Source of the DNA: Octopus sinensis
Lineage: Eukaryota
Length of the DNA stretch: 64,000 nt
Assembly (NCBI RefSeq): GCF_006345805.1
Contig: NC_042998.1
Location: forward strand, 194,928,001-194,992,000
Reading direction: 5' to 3'
The notes beneath the pieces are model-generated. The model ran no database searches and was not told the origin of the DNA. It saw only the letters and a list, made by a program, of their open reading frames with translations. This document shows, piece by piece, positions 26,801 through 39,253 of the stretch; positions within the stretch are counted from its first letter, which is position 1, and every line of letters begins with the position of its first letter. Position numbers and translations under genes: made by a program.

Positions 26801-26801
<1 letters not shown>
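24889..26801 (+). repeat. ~831-bp tandem repeat, 2.3 copies, pLTR/retrozyme-like
   Basis: ATGCCTTCGAAACATGCCTGACTCC unit starts at 24889, 25721 and 26552. Non-coding; contains CTGATGA and GAAAC motifs. Confidence 0.9.
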
Positions 26802-26832
<31 letters not shown>

Positions 26833-26948
26833 GTTAGTAGAGTTAGCAGTTGGAACAATCGTTTAAGGGATAAGAGTTTCCGTTTTACTACCTGTATAAA
26901 TTAGCTGTGTTAACCCTTAGCATACATATGCAAGCATATTATGGACAT

Positions 26949-27333
26949 GTGGAGGTGCAATGGCCCAGTGGTTAGGGCAGCGGACTCGCGGTCGTAGGAT
27001 CGCGGTTTCGATTCCCAGACCGGGCGTTGTGAGTGTTTATTGAGCGAAAACACCTAAAGCTCCACGAGGCTCCGGCAGGGGATGGTGGTGGTCCCTGCTG
27101 TACTCTTTCACCACAACTTTCTCTCACTCTTACTTCCTGTTTCTATTGTACCTGTATTTCAAGGGGCCGGCCTTGTTACTCTCTGTGTCACGCTGAATAT
27201 CCCCGAGAACTACGTTAAGGGTACACGTGTCTGTGGAGTGCTCAGCCACTTACACGTTAATTTCACGAGCAGGCTGTTCCGTTGATTCGGATCAACCGGA
27301 ACCCTCGTCGTCGTAACCGACGGAGTGCTTCCA
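26949..27333 (+). mobile_element. Full-length tRNA-derived SINE family B with 10-bp TSD
   Basis: TTATGGACAT duplicated at 26939-26948 and 27334-27343; A- and B-box-like head. Confidence 0.9.
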
Positions 27334-28067
27334 TTATGGACATAGGATACAGGCAATAATAAAGATAAACAACACTTTATCAGGAATCAAATTGAAATTA
27401 AGCAGAAAATGGAGAAATCTTTATCATCAACACTTGACCACCATCAATTATTATTTTGTGTTAAAAAATAATAATCGATGGTAGTCAATTTGTTGTTGAT
27501 TAAGATTTCTCTATTTTTTTTTGCTTAATTTATCAATATCTATAAATCTGAAATGCGAAAAGTTTGTTTGTCTGGTTTTGGCATTGGAACGGGTTAAAGG
27601 CCACTAAATCCCGTCGGATTGACTCCAAGATTTACAGAGACATGTAAAATGAGGTGAGGATGTGAGTGGGCTAGATTAGAAACCCCTATCTTCAAAGGTG
27701 TGGTTACTAGGGCAAAAAAACGCACACTTTGACAAGTCTTCTCTCATTCTTTTATGTGTCTGTCTTCCTCCGTCTCTCTCTCTTTCCTCCCTTCCTTTCG
27801 GTTTCTCTTTATAACGTCGTTTAACAGTGTCTACTATCTTTTCCCCGCGCTTTCACTCTTTCTTCCACATCCTCTCTCTCTCTGTACGTCTGTCTGCATT
27901 CATAGAGAGAATTATTTTGCCACCAGCACCACACAATCATGAGAACAAATATTATGAATCAGATATTTATTGGGTTAATTTATGTGTGTGTGTGTGTGTT
28001 CTATATATAAATATGTATATATAATGTATTATACAAAGTGTATATATCTGTATATATATATTATATC

Positions 28068-28121
<54 letters not shown>

Positions 28122-29008
28122 GAAAATTAAATTAGAGATAAAACCCCTATTAGGCAACTCAAACAGTGATAGACATATACCAAAACAAAAAAACAAAAAA
28201 ATAAATATAATTAATATAATATACAAAATATATATAAAATATAAAATTTAAAATTTAAATTATTGATATTTGAAATTTTAAAATTTATATTTATAAATTT
28301 TTATATTTTTATATTTAAAATTTTTAAACTTTTAAACTTTCAAACTTTTTTTATTAAACTAACCAAAAAGTATTAAAAAGTTTAATATAATATAATAAGT
28401 AAAAACACTACGTACGTTTCATGGCTATAATTCAATTCGAATTAAAATTATAGTCAATCTTCAGGTTAATGATAATAGTTAAATAAATAAGCAAATAGAG
28501 TTAAGCAATATTTTTTAAGAAATAAATAAAATAATAATTTTTCTTATAAAAAACTCTAAAACATTATGATTATGTCATATAACCCATTTATTATGTTAAA
28601 TATTAATTTTTAAGGTAAAAAAATAGATAGGAAAATATATTTATCTATTAAGATATAATATGGTTTTAAAAAACGTAATAAGCTCACGAATATCCTAAAC
28701 TCAGTTATAGTCAATATCTAATTACCAAATTATTTAACAAAATAATCACTATTCTTATTTTTAAATTTAAGTTCAAATCTAATAATTATAAAATATTTAA
28801 GAATAATAACTAAATTATTATCAATAATATAAAACTTAAGATCTAAAATTTACTCTATCAATAGATATATAGACATATAATGAAAACTAAATAAATTAAA
28901 TAGTCCATTATTACTTACTTAAATATCAAATATTAATATAATATATTTATGAAATATATAAAAAAATTAATTATTAAAAATTAAAAAATTAATAATTATA
29001 TTATTAAT

Positions 29009-29237
29009 TTCACGTTGCTCCAATTCACTCAGCTGTAAAAATGTGTTGCGACGTCGCTGGTGCCAAGCTGTATCGACCTTTGCCTTTTCCTTGGATAGCA
29101 CTGGTGGCGTGGAGTGGGGAGGCCGGCATGCATGGGCGACTGCTGACCTTCCATAAACAACCTTTCCGGACTTGTGCCTCGGAAGGGGAACTTTCTAGGT
29201 GCAATCCCATGGTCGGTCATGACCGAAGGGTGTCTCA
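29009..29237 (+). mobile_element. SINE fragment: E-type core joined to a different tail
   Basis: TTCACGTTGCTCCAATTCACTCAGCTG followed by ...CTAGGTGCAATCCCATGGTC. The tail also occurs inverted near 21500. Confidence 0.65.
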
Positions 29238-29790
29238 TGTATGTATGTATGTATGTATGTATGTATGTATGTATGTATGTATGTATGTATGTATGTATTT
29301 TGTATGTATGTATGTATGTATTTTGTATGTATGTATGTATGTATGTATGTATGTATGTATTTTGTATGTATGTATGGTGATTTTGTATGTATGTAGGTAT
29401 GTATGTATTTGTATGTATGTATGTATGTATGTATGCATGTATGTATGTATGTATGTATGTATGTTGTATGTATGTATGTATGTATGTATGCATGTATGTA
29501 TGTATGTATGTATGCATGCATGGTATGGATGTAGTATGTATGTATGATGTATGTATGTATGGTATGTATGTATGCTGCATGCATGCAGCATTTGTATGTA
29601 TGGGATTTTTTGTTAATGTATGTATGTTTGTATGTATGTTGTATGTAGTATGTATGTATGCATGCATGCATGATGTAGGTATGTATGTTTGTATGTATGT
29701 ATGTAGGTATGTATGTATGTATGTATGCATGCATGCATGTATGTATGTATGGTATGTGTGTGTGTATGTATGTATGTGTGCATATGTATG
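29238..29790. repeat. (TATG)n tetranucleotide array
   Basis: Seen directly in the sequence. Confidence 0.95.
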
Positions 29791-30549
29791 TGGCTGATCT
29801 GAGACACTGTGCTGGAAGTGAAAGAATCCCATCTAAGAAGAATTTTTAATTCTAACCATTTAAGAACTAAAACTTATATTCATATTTTGTTCCGTTATGA
29901 TTAGTACTGTCTATTATGAAGTAGTAAAAGGTTTCGTCGCGCTTTTGGGGTCCTGTAATTGATACAAGTTGTGTGCTTATGTATGTGAATGTGTGTGTTT
30001 GTATGCATACGTGTGTGCATGTGCGTATGTATGTGTGTGTGCGTGTGTGTATGTATGGTGCATGTGTGTGTGTGTACGTGTGTGTGTGTGTGTGCGTGTG
30101 TGCGCGTGTGTGTGCGTGTGTGTGTAGTACGTGTGTATGTGTGCGTGTGTATGTGTGTGTGAGTGTGTGTGTGTGTGTACGTGTGTGTGTGTGTGGTGTG
30201 CGTGTGTATGCGTGTGTGTGTGTGTGTGTGTGTGCCTAGCCTCATGATAGCCGTCTTCTGGACTCACGATCGTTAAGTTCGTGAGTTTGATAAAAATCCT
30301 GGGCATCGCGTTGTGCCCTTGGGAAAGGTCACTTCATTTCGTGCATCGTTATGGCAAACAACGTTAAAGCATGTTGGCTTACCCTTACTGGCATATTTAC
30401 ATTGACGCATGTGTATTTTTCAGTTGCTGCGTACACGTTTAGATCAAGCATAAACAACACAGCGGTGACACCGGAAGGAGAACAGAAGACATTGTCGAAG
30501 GCTTGCTGCTCATACTGCCCTCACCAGTAAAACTTTTGTCCTGGTTGCC

Positions 30550-30772
30550 ATGGAGCTGAAGTTCTTTTTCCCATCGTCTCACCTTTGCAGCATGAGTGTC
30601 CAGTCAGTGATGCTGTCCTTATTGCTGTCTTTGATTTGCTTGTCTTGTTTTATGGAAGAACACACTGCAAGTGGCCTCGTCCTTCCGGCACAGTCAACAA
30701 GTAAAGTAAAACGACAATCTGCTGAAAGCTCACTCCAGTTGAAAACTGAAAAACCAACCACCAAGGACAATG
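30550..30772 (+). CDS. Candidate first coding exon of a secreted or membrane precursor (signal peptide, KVKR-Q site)
   Basis: Acceptor TTTTTCAG ends at 30423; ATG at 30550 (or Met15). MELKFFFPSSHLCSMSVQSVMLSLLLSLICLSCFMEEHTASGLVLPAQSTSKVKRQSAESSLQLKTEKPTTKDN, then consensus donor G|GTAAGT (phase 1). Non-repetitive sequence. Confidence 0.6.
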
Positions 30773-30959
30773 GTAAGTTAACATATCTTTCCAATCCTTA
30801 TAGTGTGGTTTGGGTGGGTAACAGAATCAGGGAGAGTAGCGTACAATTACGTTGTAATTTAATTGAGTCCCTTCATATTTTACCTTGAAATTCCATTTAG
30901 ATTAGATTTGTATTTCGTTTCATCAGGTTGATAACTGTTCAACATAACTCCACGAAAGC

Positions 30960-31850
30960 AAATAGAGCGCTTGACCAGTGGAAATCGTCTTTTCCTCAAA
31001 AAGTGGAAGAGCAAATGATTCAATCTGGTCGGCCGAGAACTGGGGTAAAAGGTGGAAATAAATGGCTGAGGCGGTATAGGCGTTCGCTACCTCTGCCTAT
31101 ACTTTTAGGGAGAGCTTCTTTTGAGCCCATTTCGGATTGACACTCGCCACTCTGCTCGTAACCTCGTTATCCTAGTTCTCCACCAGGAGATCTGAGCCTA
31201 GTCAAATCCCGATAAATTTAAATGGTCCATCCATGCAGCACCGTTGGAGGCTATTGAATGGCATGGATCTGCCGCTCCAGGTACCTTGCTGCAGCCCACC
31301 AAATTTCCCTGGCTGATCTTGGCTTCTGTTACTGCTTCATATTCCCTTAGAGCAGTGCGGATCACCTCTGTATGCCTGGTGTCCGACACTATTACAGTGA
31401 CGTAGCCCGTATATATCGGTTCAGATCTTCTGAATCTTAGTTCACTCGATGCCTTTAGTTTACGTAACAGTCAGTAAATACAGAGATGAGAGGAGATAGC
31501 TTTGACGGACCGAGCGCATGATACTGATTGGCCAGATAAATGGTCATTCGCTCTAACCACCGAAGAAATGTCGTTGTACATTACTGTAATCCTTGAAGAT
31601 AGTCGCGAACTATTGATTGTCACTCTTATCGAAAGCATTCGATTTATCCAAGTCGATCAGCACCCCATCCATACCAGATTCTTTGCCAACCTTCCCTACG
31701 CGAATCGCCTCTTCTAGGTTCTACGATAGTGTAGATTTCGCTTTTACAATTTCCTTGCTACACATTATCGACATTACTCTAATAGCCGTTTTAGCTCTTC
31801 TCACCTCCGGTTTCCCCCACATCAGTACCTCTTTACTAATTAGTTAGTCT
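30960..31850 (-). mobile_element. Tx1/L1-clade LINE RT fragment
   Basis: LIDLDKSNAFD, MYNDISSVVRANDHLSG...RSVRQ, VIVSDTRHTEVIRTALREYEAVTEAKI and LLFHF...PLVKRSIC, broken by frameshifts. Confidence 0.75.
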
Positions 31851-31895
31851 GGTCTCTGTAAGTTTGGTGCGTCGGGAAAGCTGTTTCGCTTCCAA

Positions 31896-33175
31896 GTCGA
31901 GTAACCCATCTCGCTCAAAAGGTCCCTGAATAGGGGTTCTTTGAGCGAAACACCCATGTTTCCAGAGGTGAATTATTTGAACCCCAAAGTATTCCTCTCA
32001 GCACAAGGCTATAATTCTTCCCCACTACTTCTGCTCATGATCAGAGATGCACATATCGTCAGCCACTAAGGGACAAGTTCAACTGGTTAAGGTCAAACAA
32101 CTGACAAGAAAATCTGTTGTATTGAGCAGAAAATTTGCTGTAGCCACCTTTTACACAAAGACAAAACAATGTACATGATAGCACTTCCAATCAGTTAAAA
32201 TCAGAAGCCATGAGAGTCAGTGCCTGATACTGTACCAGGGCAATTATTATTATTATTATTGTTGTTGTTGTTGTTGTCGTCGTCGTCGTTGGAGATGTCG
32301 CAAAGTATCCTATATTGTGGTGTAGACTGAAGATATAGTGTGTACCGGTGGATTCCTTCCCATTCCTCCTCTCAAGTTCTTCTCTTCTATTACACCTTCA
32401 CCTTGCCTATTCTTCCGCGGATCTTCACCTACTTTATTCCCCTCGAGGTTATCATCATTATAGAGGCATTTTCTGATTGTCTGAATTTGGGTTTCATTAA
32501 GAAAGCCTCTATTCTGAATTATTCTTATTTGACTCATGAGCCCATTGTCAGTAATCTGTAAAAACATACCCAGCTGGTTCCAAAGTTCTTAGGATATTTT
32601 GCCGACAGTTTTATATCTGCTATTGCTCTTGCCTAGTAAAGCTTGTTCATGGCACTTAATTGCTTTTTCGTTTATATAGACAGGCTGCTTGTGTTTGCGA
32701 GTACATTGCATATCATGACCATAAAAGGACCACGACCGGGTGGAGTCTGGTCTTCCACTTCATTGTCCTCTGAGGGACCCCTGTTAGGCGCGGGAAATCT
32801 GGTGTCTTGGACATCCAACTGAGCCTTCTCATTCACGCCATTATTTGGATTGATATCAGTTATCATCATTGCAATGAATAAGAATGATTTTCTACAGGGT
32901 TTGCTCCCTGAGTGTGTTTAGCTGAGATTTTCATCTAAAGGATCACCCCAAATACGATAACAGTTTGACCTTAACCAGTTGACCATGTCCCTTAGTGGAT
33001 GACGATATGTGCATCTCTGATCATAAGCAGAAGTAGTGGGGGAGCATCATAGCCGTGTGTTGAAAGGAATTCTTAGAGGTTTAGATAATTCACCTTTTGG
33101 AAACATGGGTGGTTCGTTCAACACCCTTAAACAATCCTTATTCAGGGACCTTCTGAGCGGGGTGGGTTACTCGAC
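31896..33175. repeat. Inverted pair of a ~210-bp interspersed repeat (31896-32103 and 32961-33175)
   Basis: GTCGAGTAACCCA...GGTTAAGGTCAAAC and its reverse complement. Confidence 0.8.
32310..32880 (-). mobile_element. R4/Dong-like LINE 5' ORF remnant
   Basis: ITDNGLMSQIRIIQNRGFLNETQIQTIR resembles the TEQRLADQxRxI motif also seen at 6.7 kb. Confidence 0.45.
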
Positions 33176-33445
33176 CAGAAGAAAATTCTAACTGGGCCCC
33201 ACCTGCAAAGTCATGCGCTGTTTATCTTGATATAAGATCACCATGTTGTATACATATGGTTGTGATGCATGTGCCTTGTGTACCCTTATCAGACGGGTAG
33301 TCATGATGAGCATACTGGGCTTCGTTCTAACTTTGTTGTCGGTCAAACAACCTAAGTAATAGAAAAGCTTTTCTCTTTTTGTTTTCATTCATTGACATTA
33401 TATTGCATATTGTCGATAAGTCATCACCTGTATTTTTCTCATTTA

Positions 33446-33485
<40 letters not shown>

Positions 33486-33976
33486 CACACACACACACAC
33501 ACACACGCACACACACACACTCGCGCGCGTAGTGTTCGAGATGATTAGGTCTTCAAGTTTTGCCTAACGGTTTTTAAATGACAACTCTAATTGAACGCAC
33601 TCATATATCGTTTTATTCACGTATTTTCATTCTATCATTCCAGTTCATGAAAGACACATCAGTAAAAAAGATTTGAGCAATCTCCTGAAGCTACTTCAGA
33701 TACTTCGAGAGCTACAGATGACTTCGGCATTACCGACAATGTCCAGCCTCCGTTTTCGTTGACACTTTATTCAGCGTTTCGTTGAACAACTCAACTGATT
33801 TTTACTTAATCGTTTACCTGCGCTCAATCATTCAACCAATGACATTTCTATATACTACAACTGTTAAACAGTAGGACAATCACTTGAATTTCTTTTAATA
33901 TATTTTAGTATTCAATACAAAACAGCAATATTTCCCAGATATTCTGGGTTCAGACTAATATGATATACATTATTTA

Positions 33977-34566
33977 AGGCGGCGAGCTGGCAGACACGTT
34001 AGCACACGGGCGAAATGCTTAGCGGTATTTCGTCTGTCGTTACGTTCTGAGTTCAAATTCAGCCGAGGTCGACTTTGCCTTTCATCCTTTCGGGGTCGAT
34101 AAATAAAGTACCAGTTTCGCACTGGGGTCGATGTAATCGACTTAATCCCTTTGTCTGTCCTTGTTAGTCCTCTCTGTGTTTAGCCCCTTGTGGGTAATAA
34201 AGAAATAGGTATTTCGTCTGCCGTTACGTTCTGAGTTCAAATTCCGCCGAGGTCGACTTTGCCTTTCATCTTTTCGGGGTCGATAAATAAAGTACCAGTT
34301 AAACACTGGGGTCGATATAATCGACTTAATACCTATGTTTGTCCCCTCTATGTTCAGCCCCTTGTGGGTAATAAAGAAATAGGTATTTCGTCTGTCGTTA
34401 CGTTCTGAGTTCAAATTCCGCCGAGGTCGACTTTGCCTTTCATCTTTTCGGGGTCGATTAAATAAGTACCAGTTACGCACTGGGGTCGATGTAATCGACT
34501 TAATCCCTTTGTCTGTCCTTGTTTGTCCCCTCTATGTTAAGCCCCTTGTGGGCAATAAAGAAATAT
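33977..34566 (+). mobile_element. SINE family C: tRNA head plus three tandem bodies
   Basis: Head AAGGCGGCGAGCTGGCAG; bodies joined at AAAGAAATAGGTATTTCGTC (about 34200 and 34375). Confidence 0.9.
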
Positions 34567-35006
34567 ATATGATCTACATTATATGCATTGCTGTGTCAAA
34601 TTGTGAAAGTTGTGAAAAAATTATGTAATCACTCAATTTTTTGTATTTATTCATTTATTTTTCATGCTATTTTAAAAAAGCTTTTGAGAATTACATTATT
34701 TAATTCAAGTTCATTAAAGCAAAAATCTTCCTAATAAAAATTTAAAAACAGAAAGAATCACTTCTTTTATTCTACTTGTCATATAAATGTGAAAATGATG
34801 AATCTTGCATGGCAGCTATCATAAACAAACTGTCTGCCTTTCCCTCTTCTTAGCCACGCACGCATGCATACGCGCACATAAATACACACATACACATCCA
34901 AATACGACTGCTTTCACATTCTAGCGCAATATACTCATTTACTTTTATAAATATATAAATCAAATATTAATAGAATATGCATATCCATTCCTATATCAGT
35001 ATACTA

Positions 35007-35052
<46 letters not shown>

Positions 35053-35386
35053 AAGTGACACACATGCATGCAAACATACCCGTACATACACACACACACA
35101 CACACACACATACAAAATATATGTATGTATGCATGTATGTACTAATCATATATGTCAGGCATGTGGAAGAGAGTGTAATTTGGCAAGAGGACTTAAACGA
35201 CATGCAAAGGTACATGAAGCCCAGTTACAACTACAGCCGGCTATTACCAGTAAAGGTTTTAGCTGCCAATTTTGTACAAGACATTGTAGATCTTTAGCTG
35301 GGCTAAAAAGTTACATTCGATCACAGCACCGATAACAGTTGAGCTTCGTGCAATGGCTATACTCGATAACGAGGTGGCAGCCATCA

Positions 35387-35495
35387 TGTATGTTTGTTTG
35401 TATGTATGTATGTATGTATGTATGTGTATGTATGTATGTTATGTATGTATGTATGTATGTAGGTATGTATGTATGTATGCATGCATGTATGTATG

Positions 35496-35526
<31 letters not shown>

Positions 35527-37318
35527 TGTATGTATGTATGTATGTTGTATGCATGTATGTTGTATGTGTATGTATGTATGTATGTATGTATGTACGTATG
35601 TATGTATGTAATGTATGTATGTATGCTGCATGTATGTATGTATGTATGTATGTATGTATGTATGTTTGCATGTATGTATGTATGTATGTATGTATGTGTA
35701 TGTATGTATGTATGTATGTATGTATGAATGTATGTATGTATGTATGTAATGTATGTATGTATTATGTATGTATGTATGTATGTATGTATTATGTATGTAT
35801 GTATGTATGTATGTATGTATGTGTGTATGTATTATGTATGTATGTATGTATGTATGATGTATGTATGTATGTATGCATGCATGTATGTATGTATGTATGT
35901 AGTATGTATGTATTATGTATGTATGCATGCATGCATGCATGTATGTAGTATGTATGTATGTATGTATGTATGTATGTATGTATGTATGTTTGCATGTATG
36001 TATGTATGTATGTATGTATGTATGTTTATATGTATGTATGTATGCATGTATGTATGTATGTATGTATGCATGCATGCATGCATGCATGTATGTATGTATG
36101 TATGTATGTATGTATGTATGTTTGTTTGTATGTATGTATGTATGTATGTATGTATGTATGCATGCATGCATGCATGCATGTATGTATGTATGTATGTATG
36201 TATGTATGTATGTATGCATGCATGCATGTATGTATGTATGTATGTATGTATGTATGTATGTATGTATGTATGTATGCATGCATGCATGTATGTATGCATG
36301 TATGTATGTATGTATGTATGTATGTATGTATGTATGTATGTATGTATGTATGTATGCATGTATGTATGTATGTATGCATGCATGTATGTATGTATGTATG
36401 TATGTATGTATGTATGTATGTATGTATGCATGTATGTATGTATGTATGTGTATGCATGCATGCATGTATGTATGTATGTATGTATGTATGTATGGTATGT
36501 ATGTATGTATATGTATGCATGTATGATGTATGTATGTATGCATGCATGCATGTATGTAGTATGCATGTATGTATGTATGTATGCATGCATGTATGATGTA
36601 TGTATGCATGTATGTATGTATGGTATGTATGTATGTATGTATGCATGCATGCATGTATGTATGTATGCATGCATGTATGTAGTATGTATGTATGGTATGT
36701 ATGTATGTTGTATGTATGTTGTATGTATGTATGATGTATGTATGTATGTATGTTGTATGTATGTATGTATGTATGTATGTATGTATGTATGTATGTATGT
36801 ATGTAGGTATGTATGTATGTATGTATGTATGCATGTATGTATGTATGTATGTATATATGTATGTATGTATGTTTGTATGTATGTATGTATGTATGTTTGT
36901 ATGTATGTATGTATGTATGTATGTATGTATGTATGTATGTATGTAGGTATGTATGTATGTATGTATGTATGTATGTATGTATGTATGTATGCATGCATGA
37001 ATGTATGTATGTATGTATGTATGTATGTATGTATGTATGTATGTATGCATGCATGTATGTATGTATGCATGTATGTATGCATGCATGTATGTATGCATGC
37101 ATGCATGTATGCATGCATGTATGTATGCATGCATGTATGTATGCATGTATGTATGTATGTATGTATGTATGCATGTATGTATGCATGTATGTATGTATGC
37201 ATGCATGTATGTATGTATGTATGTATGTATGTATGTATGTATGTATGTATGCATGTATGTATGCATGTATGTATGTATGTATTTATGTATGTATGCATGT
37301 ATGTTTGTATGTATGTAA
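35387..37318. repeat. ~1.9-kb (TATG)n array with TGCA, TGTT and TAGG variant units
   Basis: Seen directly; accounts for the long pseudo-ORFs in the track. Confidence 0.97.
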
Positions 37319-37962
37319 AGTATATAAATTGGTTTTCATACAACAGATTTTATTTTATTTGCTCGTCGATGTTTAGTAACAAATTTTACGTGCATTTTGC
37401 GTGTGTTTCCCATGCATTTACCCACTTACACGTAAGACATATTGCCTTGTGAAACAGCTTCATTTGAATAAATTTAAGCTGATTAACATGTACTTAACAG
37501 CTCTGTTCTTCCGCGTGTGCGTGAGGTGAAGAGGTGCAGATTCCAGGGCAGAATTATTGGCTTTTAAATGAATCAGAAATTCAAGAAAATCTTATCACAA
37601 TATTGTTATACTACAACAGTGTAGGTTGCTATAACTTTTCGTATATCATCTGTATATATATAAGGCAGGATGTGTGTGTGTGTGTACGTTATTGTAGTTT
37701 ATGCGCATCCACAGATTAGCACGCATGTCGCTCAAATTTTAGGAGGACATTCGTCACGATCCTAGCTGTATTTTCGTCAAATTATTTTCCCCCGAAGCAC
37801 CCGCGAATAGCGGTAAATAATTTTGAGCCATAACTTCAATTTTCACGGCGGAGAAATCCACTGTAGTGACGCCATTATTGTTGACAAAACAGGAGTTAAA
37901 TCCCCTTCTAGCGACGGTGTAAAGAGAGGGAGGGAGAGGGAGAAAGAGAGAGAGAGAGAGAA

Positions 37963-38004
<42 letters not shown>

Positions 38005-38171
38005 AAAATTTCTTTTTAGTGAGTGATTGACAGACAAAAACAGACAGACAGTTGTTGTTATGTATGTATGTATGTATGTGTGAATGGCTTCAGTCACGCA
38101 CACACGCGCGCGCGCTAGCATTTATGCGTACAAAACAGATGCATGCAATGTGTGTGTTGACCGTATATATA

Positions 38172-38568
38172 TCTCTCTCTATATATAAAGCTGAAGTTGT
38201 CTGTGTGTGTGGCTGGTTTGGTAGCCTTCAACTAACACTATCTCCTCCGAGACCCTACGGTGCAAGTTCACCAAAATTGAGAGTATGATAGAAGAAGGCT
38301 TGCTCTTCCTTCCGTAGAAGAAAAAAATTCAAATCGGACCATGTTAACACCAAAAATTATTTACATCAAAAAGGTGCTTTTTTTCTATGAAAATCCATAT
38401 TTTTTTACGATTTTTTTTTTACTGTTGTGTCACCATTTTTCGGTGTATTTCAACCAGAAAAATGTTCACTTAGAATAACAAGCTACATAATGCAAAATTT
38501 TTACTTTGCAAAAATTCTAATTCTAAAGGGTCGAAACAAACCCGAGCAACGCCGGGCGATACTGCTAG
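38172..38568 (+). mobile_element. Non-autonomous Helitron-like element
   Basis: TC start; CCCGAGCAACGCCGGG hairpin; CTAG|T end. Confidence 0.7.
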
Positions 38569-38864
38569 TTTATTGTTATAACAAAATTAGTGCCAGAAGT
38601 GGGATTGTCTCTCGGAGAGTAATTTGAACATGGATAATATTTTCATCTTAATTAATTTTATCATAGATTTTTTTTCTTCTCTTTCTAAATTCGTCATCTG
38701 GCAGACTTGTTTGAGCCTCAGAAGAAAAAAACTGTTTGTTCCAATTCAATATTATCAGTTCAAATCCCCACTGAGATCAGTTTCGAAGTCGATAAAATAA
38801 AGTACCCAACAAGTGTTGGAGTTCCCTCCATCAAAATTACTGATCTTGTGTCTAAATTTGAAAC

Positions 38865-39022
38865 AGGCGTGACTGTGTAGTGAGAAACTTGCTTCCCAAC
38901 CACATGGTCCCAGGTTCAGTCCCACCGCGTGGCAACTTGGGCAAGAATCTTCTACTACAGCCTTGGGCTGACCAAAAGCCTTGTGAATGGATTTGGACGA
39001 CGGAAACTGAAAGAAGCCCGTC

Positions 39023-39070
<48 letters not shown>

Positions 39071-39203
39071 CCCTCCATATCGGCTTACTCTGATGAGCGT
39101 AAAGTTACACAGTCGGATTATTACCTTACACTCCATTGTATTCTTTACGCGAAACCAATCGGTAAGATGAGCCGTGATGGATATTTAATACTATACAATT
39201 CGG

Positions 39204-39253
<50 letters not shown>

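Noticed and set aside
26949-27030. tRNA gene at SINE heads (also 33977, 50627 and others)
   Set aside because: A- and B-box-like motifs are present, but they continue into SINE bodies with TSDs, and I could not fold a full cloverleaf.
35311-37452. ORFs of 476-651 aa (HTYI/MYVC repeats), and similar ORFs at 29, 43, 46 and 49 kb
   Set aside because: Read-through of (TATG)n, which has no stop codons in several frames; not protein-coding evidence.
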